IMG/VR virus record: IMGVR_UViG_3300049046_000039
Location: 51,802-115,801 of that record
Strand: one strand, 5' to 3'
DNA length: 64,000 nucleotides
DNA from: a virus
Shown: positions 1-7,309 of the stretch, in pieces
How positions within the stretch are numbered: the first letter of the stretch is position 1
Layout: the number at the start of each line of letters is the position of its first letter
Program-made: the position numbers and the translations under genes
Notes under the pieces: model-generated
The model's input: only the letters and a program-made list of their open reading frames with translations
What the model was told of the DNA's origin: nothing
Database searches by the model: none

Positions 1-229
1 ACTTGTCGTTATTAGGCCCGCCCCACTTTTGGTCGACCCACTCGATGACGACCTTACACTGGTCGTCACCTTCGTTAATGCCGATAGTAAAGTTAATGCG
101 TTCGCGAAAGCGATCAAAGACTTCGGGCGACCCCCATCCGTCGTTACGCTCTCCGCTGTTGTAGGTCTCGTTATAGATACGAGCTACTTCAGAAGCATCA
201 GCTTGATTAATAAGCTGGCCGACTTTCAT
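1..229 (-). CDS. hypothetical protein, 3'-truncated by window edge (MKVGQLINQADASEVARIYN...)
   Basis: ATG at 229-227 overlaps the TAA of the upstream gene (TAATG); frame open to position 1. Confidence 0.7.
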   Translation of the reverse strand, partial: MKVGQLINQADASEVARIYNETYNSGERNDGWGSPEVFDRFRERINFTIGINEGDDQCKVVIEWVDQKWGGPNNDK

Positions 230-708
230 TATATAACTCCTAGTTCTCTCAGTTGTCTGATGCTGTTTTCAGCCGAAGTGTGGTGGATGAATACGTCACC
301 GTTCTCCTCCCAAGCGTCCTTATACTTAGTCCAGTCGTCGACTAGAACGTTAGTAACGCTAGGGTCCTTAGCTAGCTTCTTGTCCTTCGAAGCGCAGCAG
401 GTCATCGGAAGATCGGGATAGTTATCCATCCTCCACGTCAGCTTCTCTTTGATAGCCCACGAACCGTTAGGTATGCCAGTAAGGATAGTGGGACGAGTAT
501 GTCTAACAGCTTCAACGAGATTATCAGCATCTGGCATCTTCTTTAGTTGGTTGAAGAACCCTCCCTTAGCATGAGAGATGATCTTCCAGAACGGACCAGT
601 TCCATGGCGCTCTTCGTAGCTGCGCGGATTGTGTCCAGTCAGTTCTTCGAAGTGTCTGTCAAAGTCAGCCAGAACACCGTCACAGTCTAAAAAGAGCTTA
701 AACGTCAT
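229..708 (-). CDS. HAD-family 5'(3')-deoxyribonucleotidase-like protein
   Basis: DxDGVLADF motif I and LVDD motif IV. Confidence 0.8.
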   Translation of the reverse strand: MTFKLFLDCDGVLADFDRHFEELTGHNPRSYEERHGTGPFWKIISHAKGGFFNQLKKMPDADNLVEAVRHTRPTILTGIPNGSWAIKEKLTWRMDNYPDLPMTCCASKDKKLAKDPSVTNVLVDDWTKYKDAWEENGDVFIHHTSAENSIRQLRELGVI

Positions 709-1037
709 AATACTTCCATATCTACTCTAGCTACTCCTCGATTGAGGATGCCTATCGCTCTCGCCGCGCCTCGAGACAAGTCTATCTCTCGATGCTTATT
801 AAACGGACCGCGATCATTGATGGTCACTACTACAGACTTATGGTTAGAGATGTTCGTCACTCTAACTTTAGTACCGAACGGAAGAGTTCGGTGTGCGGCC
901 GTCAGGCCGTCTGGTTTGAATCTCTCACCACTGGCTGTAGTATGTCCGTGGTGATAGTAAGATGCTACAACTTCCTTAGCTGCAGTTGGGAATGCAGCTA
1001 AAGTAATAGCTGCTGCGATGATACACACTTTGCGCAT
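705..1037 (-). CDS. rlpA: RlpA-family lytic transglycosylase (DPBB domain), secreted
   Basis: signal peptide; ASYY...TASGE...TAAHRTLPFGT...NDRGP...IDLS. Confidence 0.9.
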   Translation of the reverse strand: MRKVCIIAAAITLAAFPTAAKEVVASYYHHGHTTASGERFKPDGLTAAHRTLPFGTKVRVTNISNHKSVVVTINDRGPFNKHREIDLSRGAARAIGILNRGVARVDMEVL

Positions 1038-1087
1038 CGTTGGTCCTTTCCTTGTTTAAGGGATTGGTCAACGGCCTTAGGTTGTAC

Positions 1088-1357
1088 TCAGGGAGCAGGA
1101 TTAAAGACGTGGTTGACTCGGTCTAACCGGAAAGCTCTCCAGTCGGACTTATCCATGTCCCAGACAGAAACAGAAAGATCGCTGTCATTAGCAGACCTCT
1201 GTTCGTATGCTGGGGTGTATGTTTCCATTTCCTTTTCGAGAATGGTTGGGTTTAGGGTGCAGCGCATGTCGCGCTTGCTACCGTCGGCTTTTGTAAAGTT
1301 TACGAGGATAACACCCTGGCGGAGTTCATTAAGCATTTCTTCACGATTTAGTAACAT
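1088..1357 (-). CDS. SH3-like/WYL_2-type conserved phage protein
   Basis: FTKADGxxRxMRCTL ... WDxxxxxWRAFRLD pattern. Confidence 0.7.
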   Translation of the reverse strand: MLLNREEMLNELRQGVILVNFTKADGSKRDMRCTLNPTILEKEMETYTPAYEQRSANDSDLSVSVWDMDKSDWRAFRLDRVNHVFNPAP

Positions 1358-1581
1358 TATTTTAAGTGCTCTCTCAATTCAGTAAATCCTCCGATGTAAG
1401 TTCCATCTTCGGTTTCAATTTGCGGAAAAGTTTTCGCGTCGGGAAACTTTTCCAGAAGCTCTTCACGAGTAAAGTCTTCGTCTAGACTCTTGTACTCGTA
1501 AGTGTGTCCAGCGCTCTTTATAGCGATAATCGCTCTAGTGCAGAACTGACACTGTGGTTTACCATAAACAACGTATTGCAT
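1357..1581 (-). CDS. glutaredoxin
   Basis: CQFC, TFPQI, IGGF motifs. Confidence 0.9.
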   Translation of the reverse strand: MQYVVYGKPQCQFCTRAIIAIKSAGHTYEYKSLDEDFTREELLEKFPDAKTFPQIETEDGTYIGGFTELREHLK

Positions 1582-1631
1582 GTGTTCTCTAACATTAAGG
1601 GGCGCCAGACAAACTAGCGCCCCTGAAGGTA

Positions 1632-1705
1632 TGGTGCTTTCTAACAGAATCGAACTGTTGATCCCGGGTTACAAAGCCGGTGTTATACCACTTAACTAAG
1701 AAAGC
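1632..1705 (-). tRNA. tRNA-Thr(UGU)
   Basis: cloverleaf, loop TTTGTAA, CCA end; late promoter TATAAATA at 1714-1721. Confidence 0.9.
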
Positions 1706-1722
1706 GTGTCGGTTATTTATAC

Positions 1723-2328
1723 TCAGAGATTGTGAGTATACTGACCGAAGTTCGGATGGCCGTATTGCTCTCGACGAGCCTTGATCTTGGCGCGAAGCTC
1801 GCTGAGCTCGATAGGACGATAGTCGATCTGCTCGACAGAGACGTTCATGTACAGAGGATCTGGCCAGTATGTGTACTCATTGTCGAATGAGTTAAAGTCT
1901 CGCTTCATTACTTCATTAGCGTGAAGGTGACCGTGAACGTTAACGTTCCAGCGCTGAGTTACCGACTCGGGGTGAAGTGGGACGTGCGAGAGGACCATGT
2001 CTTCCAGAACACGAACGCCATAGACTTCCTTGAAGTACTTCAAGTAGTCTTTGATCTTTCCATTGTCGTGGTTGCCACGAATCAGACGCTTAGAACCGTT
2101 AAGTCTCTCGAGAGTCGAGAGAAACTTAAGATTGATCACTACGTCTCCGAGGTGGTAGACCTTATCCTGCTCTCGTACCACCTCGTTCCAGCGACGCACC
2201 ATCTCTTCGTCCATCTCCTGAGCATTAGCGAAGGGACGAAGTGGCGAACCATCTTTGCGCTTGAACGTCGTGCAACACTTTTCGTGGCCGAAGTGAGTGT
2301 CAGAAATAAAGAAGATGTTCGCCGACAT
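1723..2328 (-). CDS. calcineurin-like metallophosphoesterase
   Basis: DTHFGH, LGD, GNHD, HGHLH motifs. Confidence 0.9.
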   Translation of the reverse strand: MSANIFFISDTHFGHEKCCTTFKRKDGSPLRPFANAQEMDEEMVRRWNEVVREQDKVYHLGDVVINLKFLSTLERLNGSKRLIRGNHDNGKIKDYLKYFKEVYGVRVLEDMVLSHVPLHPESVTQRWNVNVHGHLHANEVMKRDFNSFDNEYTYWPDPLYMNVSVEQIDYRPIELSELRAKIKARREQYGHPNFGQYTHNL

Positions 2329-2406
2329 AGTTACGTTCTCAGATGTTTTCTAAAAGCTTTGCGGCAGCAAAACCGATAATGCCGCCAATGATTAGCCCAG
2401 TGATCA

Positions 2407-2436
2407 TAGTATATACTCTTTTCTTGGAAATGTCAA
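2407..2436 (-). promoter_or_regulatory. sigma70-like early promoter; similar copies near 6.2, 9.1, 10.6, 12.55, 34.2, 37.0, 45.5, 47.2, 48.1, 50.1, 50.2, 52.2, 52.4 and 56.2 kb
   Basis: TTGACA-N17-TATACT; recurring TTGACATT...TATAAT/TATATT motif on minus strand. Confidence 0.75.
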
Positions 2437-3590
2437 ACAATAATGTGAGGAACGAATTTTGCAGTATTGCTAGTAATGAGGCCGTCCTCACGAATGCCCA
2501 TACCTACTGCAGCACCGTCGACCGACCAGACGCCGAGTACGGGATACTTACCACTGAACTCAGGAAGAGAGTAGCGCTCTTGATAGACGTAGCCGTCAGA
2601 ACCGTACTCGCCACCGGTCGCGCTAAGAGTCTTACCGAACTGGTCCTTGACAAGGATGTTCGAACCTTCGCGAGCCAGAATAGGCTTCGAGACGTATCCG
2701 CTGGAGAAGTCACGATTGTTGACCGGAACTTCGAAGCTTGCGGCAAGGAGGTTCTTATGATTTGGGAACATCTTCCACAGAATCGGAAGAATCGCCTTGT
2801 TAGACCAGATCATCTTCCAGACAGGTTCGATCCACGTGGTGATGTCGGCTGAAGCGAGAATGTTGTTAGCGAACTTCTCGTTGACCATCCACTCCCAAGG
2901 ATAGAGATGCTGAATCGTCGACATATGGTAATTGTCGAGATCAACGAAAGCTTCGCCATCCCAACCGATGTCGTTGATCAGAATACCGTGACTGATGATG
3001 CCGGCTTCTTCTGCCATATCTCGCATGTAGGAGACATTGACGGCATCTTCACCGGCACCATCGTCGGCGTGAGTAAACCAGACGTGCTTCTCAGGAAGCA
3101 GAGGAGCGATGTACTTCCAGCGCTCGACGATAGCTTCGTGAATGCCATTGAACTGATCCACGCCCTCGCCGAACATGTCGTTCTTCCAGTGCCATTGGAC
3201 TACCGAAGCTTCGAGAAGACTGGTCGGAGTGTCGCAGTTGAACTCGAACATCTTGGGGTCGGTGCGACCGTCATAACCAAAGTCGAAGCGACCGTAGTTA
3301 AGAGCCGGTGGCTCGCTATCCCAAGTGTCGATAATGTACTGGTGGAAGTGAGGAGGAATCCCAAACTGGTTGAGGATGTGGTAGTTAGAGACGATATAGT
3401 CTCCAGCTACAATCATCATCTTGTAGCAGTTGTTAGCCGCTTCCTCAATTCTCTCGATGTCTGAAGACGAGAATGCGTAGTATGCGTCCTCGTTCCAGTA
3501 AGGTTCGGCCGAAGCACTGTGCCAGAGAAGACCCTGACCCTCGACGATCGCCTTCCAATTGTGGCGAGGAGTTGAAGAGTGACGCAGCAT
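2433..3590 (-). CDS. glutathionylspermidine synthase-like ATP-grasp protein (YgiC family)
   Basis: YGRFDF, EFNCDTPTSLLEAS, YPWEW, EPxWK, SNKAILP, KPILAREG motifs. Confidence 0.93.
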   Translation of the reverse strand: MLRHSSTPRHNWKAIVEGQGLLWHSASAEPYWNEDAYYAFSSSDIERIEEAANNCYKMMIVAGDYIVSNYHILNQFGIPPHFHQYIIDTWDSEPPALNYGRFDFGYDGRTDPKMFEFNCDTPTSLLEASVVQWHWKNDMFGEGVDQFNGIHEAIVERWKYIAPLLPEKHVWFTHADDGAGEDAVNVSYMRDMAEEAGIISHGILINDIGWDGEAFVDLDNYHMSTIQHLYPWEWMVNEKFANNILASADITTWIEPVWKMIWSNKAILPILWKMFPNHKNLLAASFEVPVNNRDFSSGYVSKPILAREGSNILVKDQFGKTLSATGGEYGSDGYVYQERYSLPEFSGKYPVLGVWSVDGAAVGMGIREDGLITSNTAKFVPHIIV

Positions 3591-3967
3591 TACGAAGACG
3601 CCGAACCGTACGAGCTGGCCGAAGAGCCGAAGCCGCCGCGCTGGACGGTGCTGTTGCTCTTGGTGTAGCTGGTAGAGGAAGGCTTGTTGTATGTGCCATA
3701 GCTGCGAGGAATGGTAGAGCCGTACGCAGGAACTCGCTGGCCATTGTTCATGAAGAACATGCCGTAGTATCCGCCGCCACCACCCGAAGAACCACGGCAG
3801 TAGCTGTCAGCTACACGCTTGTTAGTGCGCTTGTCGACACATGCGGCGTTGCGACGCTTATCGTCATCATCGTCGTCGTAGTAGTCCGTACGAGGCTGAC
3901 CACATCCAGCAACGGTCACTGCGAGAGCGGTAGCGACCGCCGTGGTAATATTCAGAGTCTTCTTCAT
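3590..3967 (-). CDS. YgiB/DUF1190-like lipoprotein
   Basis: lipobox VAGC; Ser/Gly-rich C-terminus RGGFGSS; coupled to YgiC-like gene. Confidence 0.75.
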   Translation of the reverse strand: MKKTLNITTAVATALAVTVAGCGQPRTDYYDDDDDDKRRNAACVDKRTNKRVADSYCRGSSGGGGGYYGMFFMNNGQRVPAYGSTIPRSYGTYNKPSSTSYTKSNSTVQRGGFGSSASSYGSASS

Positions 3968-4022
3968 AATATCTCCTATTGTGGAGTGGCGATTACTACC
4001 ACCACTCCCATTTAGAATTCAC

Positions 4023-4706
4023 TTAGTACTGGTCGAACTTAAGCAAATTATATCCTCTTAGCAAGCCGCGCTTATGTTCTTCCAGAGGATATACTCCAAT
4101 CGAAGTCTTTTGATTTCCGATGTCCGGTTCTCTAAACACTACGTATGGAACTTTCATGCTCCCCAGAACTTTCTCTACTTCTTCGAGCTCGTACGCGTTA
4201 CGTACTCCGCAGCAAGTAAAGTGTAAGCCCTTAACGAGTTCTGGAGACTTTTGAGCGATGAGTGCGCCAAGTTCGAGAGCAGCGTGAGACGTCTGAACCA
4301 GCTGATACTCGTCGAAGATGTCTTGACGAGTGAAGAAGTAGGAGTACCTCCTGATCAGGAGCGCTCTATTTACGCTTAATCTAAGCGCGTGAAGCTCGGC
4401 GTGCTCTTCTTCGGTCAGAACTTCAGCAGCGTTTTGACCTAGAACAAAGTTCTTCAGACCAATGAGCATGCCGTTGTAGTTGTTGGTGATTGCGTCGAAT
4501 GGAACTCTACCGTTCGCCAGCTTGGACACCTTACTGACCGGAGGAAATGCTCGACGGAGAAGGTGAATGGCGATGTCTCTCTTATCGTCGAGAGATTCTG
4601 CACGGGAGTTGATAGCCTTTAGAAGACAGTAGTCGATCATGTCTCGCGTAGTGTTCTTCTTTTGAGAGGCGAGAGTCTTCCAGGCGGTTTTGTAATCAAA
4701 GTTCAT
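4023..4706 (-). CDS. protein with C-terminal peptidyl-tRNA hydrolase 2 (Pth2)-like domain
   Basis: QLVQTSHAALE ... VVFREPDIGNQKTSIGVYP; start moved to ATG 4706 behind AAGGA and a TTTACA-N17-TATATT promoter. Confidence 0.7.
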   Translation of the reverse strand: MNFDYKTAWKTLASQKKNTTRDMIDYCLLKAINSRAESLDDKRDIAIHLLRRAFPPVSKVSKLANGRVPFDAITNNYNGMLIGLKNFVLGQNAAEVLTEEEHAELHALRLSVNRALLIRRYSYFFTRQDIFDEYQLVQTSHAALELGALIAQKSPELVKGLHFTCCGVRNAYELEEVEKVLGSMKVPYVVFREPDIGNQKTSIGVYPLEEHKRGLLRGYNLLKFDQY

Positions 4707-4777
4707 TATTGAATTCCTTAATCTTGAGTAATATAACACGTAATAAAACAAATGTAAATAACATTTTTACGGTAAGA

Positions 4778-4807
4778 TTAAGGCGGGCCGGTTGAGTTCT
4801 AACGCAT
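4778..4807 (-). CDS. amber-containing mini-ORF M-R-(TAG)-N-S-T-G-P-P
   Basis: ATG CGT TAG AAC TCA ACC GGC CCG CCT TAA; AGGAG SD; ATG overlaps upstream TAA. Confidence 0.6.
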
Positions 4808-5058
4808 TACTCTTCTCCTGATATTGTTGCGACACCGTCAACAATTTCTACCGAGCACTTCTTGAGCTTGATAGAGCCTTTGGTGTGTGAGTTGTCTGGA
4901 GTTTCTTTTGTAGAGAAGCCGATGTTACAGTCGACATGGTCTACGTAAAACGTCTGCCCTTTTAGTTTAAGAACCCACATGGGAATCTTAGGATCGGCTA
5001 GGTGACCCTTATTGAAGTGAAATACTACTTCTTTACAGTTCTAAAAAGTCTGCTTCAT
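4807..5058 (-). CDS. 83-aa phage protein with in-frame TAG at codon 6 (MKQTF*NCKEVVFHFNKGHL...KETPDNSHTKGSIK...)
   Basis: AAGGA SD; single TAG at 5041-5043, then 77 open codons to TAA; absent from ORF track. Confidence 0.75.
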
Positions 5059-5062
5059 TTTG

Positions 5063-5527
5063 TTATTCCTTAAATTCGCTAGTAACATTTACCAACTCTG
5101 TTGGCAGATAGAATACTTCAAAATCTTCAACTACTCTCCAGTATTCGCCGTCAGCCCACGATCCTACTAGTTCTGTTACAGCATCGCGAAGAATGTCTTC
5201 TACGTACTTAGAGTCTTCCTCAGAAAGAATGTGATAGTCGAATTCTTTTGGAACTGACACGTTATTCTGGTTATATGAGTCTACAATCTTCTTAAGATCT
5301 GGAACAAGCTCCGAGTCATTTTCACGACCCTCGTAGTCGCTATGTCTATCGACATTTCCATACTTACCACCATCGTAAGTCGACCTAAACATAAGAGCGA
5401 CGTCGACGTAGAACTTAACATGGTCTACTTCCAGACCAGTGAATTCTTTAGTCATGTAGTTGTCGGCGTCATTTTCCCAAGTGGTCAGCTTAAGAATGTA
5501 TCCAGGCTTAATGTTTGTCATAATCAC
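5063..5527 (-). CDS. hypothetical protein
   Basis: 154-aa ORF with SD, in operon. Confidence 0.75.
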   Translation of the reverse strand: MIMTNIKPGYILKLTTWENDADNYMTKEFTGLEVDHVKFYVDVALMFRSTYDGGKYGNVDRHSDYEGRENDSELVPDLKKIVDSYNQNNVSVPKEFDYHILSEEDSKYVEDILRDAVTELVGSWADGEYWRVVEDFEVFYLPTELVNVTSEFKE

Positions 5528-5535
5528 CTTAGTAA

Positions 5536-5612
5536 TGGTGCGCGTGACGGGACTCGAACCCGTGACGTCATGATTTTAGAGATCACCGCTCTTCCAACTG
5601 AGCTACACGCAC
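5536..5612 (-). tRNA. amber suppressor tRNA(CUA)
   Basis: GTGCGTG TA GCTC AGTTGGAA GAGC G GTGAT CTCTAAA ATCAT GACGTC ACGGG TTCGAGT CCCGT CACGCGC A CCA. Confidence 0.92.
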
Positions 5613-5851
5613 ATATTGTTTCTTATGTATGATGCTACCGAACTTGGCGTCATCACGTTTACAGAACATTCATCGTCTGGATATCGGAACTCCGAAGTTT
5701 CGAGTTCTACCGCGTCCACTAACTTCTTAGTGCCAGTCTCTGAGTTTACTATCTCGACGTAAGAGCTACCACGATAGTAGTAATAGTCAGTGCCGTCGAC
5801 GTTAATCGTTCTAGCACCCTTGCGCTTATTTGTCTTGCTCGGTTTACTCAT
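5603..5851 (-). CDS. hypothetical protein (MSKPSK...)
   Basis: GAGG SD before ATG 5851; TAG stop lies in the 5' end of the suppressor tRNA. Confidence 0.65.
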   Translation of the reverse strand: MSKPSKTNKRKGARTINVDGTDYYYYRGSSYVEIVNSETGTKKLVDAVELETSEFRYPDDECSVNVMTPSSVASYIRNNMCV

Positions 5852-5867
5852 GACTGCCTCTTTAATA

Positions 5868-5960
5868 GCGGGTTGCCGTGTTTTCCACCATTGGAAAACG
5901 CCTGTTTTGGCGGCGTTTATTGGAATCGAACCAATTAGTACGGTTTGCTGTAAGCAACCC
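5868..5960 (-). ncRNA. CAGCAA-scaffold RNA 1, permuted tRNA-like (T-acceptor-D)
   Basis: GGGTTGC/GCAACCC stem, TTA CAGCAA, TTCGATT T-loop, AAACGCC GCCA..GGCGTTT. Confidence 0.75.
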
Positions 5961-5968
5961 ATTTTTTT

Positions 5969-6077
5969 ACAGGATCAACTTGGTTTGTTGCCTTTACCGT
6001 TTGGCTATTCGTCGAAGTCGACAAAATGGGAATCGAACCCATAATACACAAATTGTGTGATTTGCTGAACTGATCCT
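5969..6077 (-). ncRNA. CAGCAA-scaffold RNA 2, permuted tRNA-like
   Basis: AGGATCA/TGATCCT stem, CAGCAA, T-arm, closed acceptor hairpin, D-arm. Confidence 0.78.
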
Positions 6078-6085
6078 AAATTAGT

Positions 6086-6183
6086 ACAGGCTTCAGATTT
6101 AGGTGGGAATCGAACCCACACAGATCGATTAGAAGTCGATTGCTCTACCTTTGAGCTACTGAAAGGTTTGCTGTAAGAAGCCT
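6086..6183 (-). ncRNA. CAGCAA-scaffold RNA 3 carrying D, anticodon (UCU) and T arms
   Basis: AGGCTTC/GAAGCCT stem, CAGCAA, ATCGA CTTCTAA TCGAT; no CCA. Confidence 0.78.
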
Positions 6184-6234
6184 TATAACCTAATTATATA
6201 ACTTTTGTCTAAGAATGTCAACTAGTTTTTTGCG

Positions 6235-6738
6235 TTAGCTAGTCGGCAGCTTAAGAGATTTTAGAGCAGCGATGCTCAGCGAGTTCTCGATCTTAAAGAT
6301 TCGATTGAGCTGAAGCGTAGAGCGTCTCCAGTGTGGAACCTTAAAGCTCTCGTACTCGTCCTTAATCTTTGATATGAAGTCTTGGCGAGCTACACCAGCA
6401 GCTCGATACTTATCCATCGCTTCTTTGTATTCTGGAGTTCCGGCCGGTGCCAGAGCCGCGTAGTCGGCCCACTTAGGATAGGCGTAGTCTTTAATGCGCT
6501 TATCGCTGTAGTAGTTCGGCACTTCAATACCAGTCTCGACGTGACGCCACTTAGTAGTGGGTTCGTACATCATTACTGTTACTGACTTACTGGTTCCAGT
6601 GGTAACAAATCCAGCGTAGACTGCAACTCTGGTATTGACATTGTGAGCGTATCCAGTGGTTACTGCTAGAACTTCTTCACCGACGTTAATAGTCTGCCCG
6701 ATACTGTTAGTAAAGGGTTCACGAATTAACTTCTTCAT
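6235..6738 (-). CDS. hypothetical protein
   Basis: 167-aa ORF with AGGA SD. Confidence 0.75.
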   Translation of the reverse strand: MKKLIREPFTNSIGQTINVGEEVLAVTTGYAHNVNTRVAVYAGFVTTGTSKSVTVMMYEPTTKWRHVETGIEVPNYYSDKRIKDYAYPKWADYAALAPAGTPEYKEAMDKYRAAGVARQDFISKIKDEYESFKVPHWRRSTLQLNRIFKIENSLSIAALKSLKLPTS

Positions 6739-6754
6739 AATGATCCTATTGTTA

Positions 6755-6883
6755 GCAGGCTAGCTTTTGTGCTTTACGCGCTCTATCCAGCTGAGCTACT
6801 CTCCCGCATGGTGGGAGAGGTGGGATTCGAACCACACGACCTCGTCCTTCTAATGGAATGCAATGAGTTGCTGAAACTAACCT
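6755..6883 (-). ncRNA. CAGCAA-scaffold RNA 4, permuted tRNA-like with internal ACCA
   Basis: AGGTTAG/CTAGCCT stem; CTCTCCC ACCA TGC GGGAGAG; canonical D-arm after it. Confidence 0.78.
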
Positions 6884-6890
6884 AAAGTTA

Positions 6891-7017
6891 ACAGATTCGC
6901 TTTTTTATCTAACGTGCTACTATTACACCACACCCCGATAGATGGCCGGGGTGCCAGGAATTGCACCTGGACCTTTCCTTTAACAGAGGAATGATAGAGA
7001 GTTGCTGAAACGAATCT
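6891..7017 (-). ncRNA. CAGCAA-scaffold RNA 5, permuted tRNA-Asn-like with internal GCCA
   Basis: AGATTCG/CGAATCT stem; TTCCT CTGTTAA AGGAA; T-arm; CACCCCG GCCA TCTAT CGGGGTG; D-arm. Confidence 0.78.
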
Positions 7018-7020
7018 AAA

Positions 7021-7140
7021 TCACAGTGACCAGACGTCGGCGTCGTCTAAGCCGTCATCGTAGCCTTTTCGGTTTGTTGGATCGATAGCTGCGGCCAGAA
7101 CTATGAGGCCGAAAGAAACCAAGATAATGGTAGCAATCAT
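7021..7140 (-). CDS. 39-aa membrane protein
   Basis: GGAGG SD; MIATIILVSFGLIVLAAA hydrophobic N-terminus. Confidence 0.5.
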   Translation of the reverse strand: MIATIILVSFGLIVLAAAIDPTNRKGYDDGLDDADVWSL

Positions 7141-7144
7141 ACTA

Positions 7145-7309
7145 TTAACCCTCCAAAACTCGTGTTAGCACTATAAGTGCAGCGTTGAACTGCTTTCCCT
7201 TATTGTGTCGAATATCGTGAGCGAACCAAGGTTTGCCCTCGGCGTCGTATTGATCAGCCAGGAGGTTTCGTGCCTCCTGGCTGATCAGAGATGACTTACC
7301 TGAAGTCAT
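7145..7309 (-). CDS. 54-aa hypothetical protein
   Basis: ATG overlaps the end of the DUF2828 gene; contains a 15-bp hairpin at 7251-7287. Confidence 0.4.
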   Translation of the reverse strand: MTSGKSSLISQEARNLLADQYDAEGKPWFAHDIRHNKGKQFNAALIVLTRVLEG

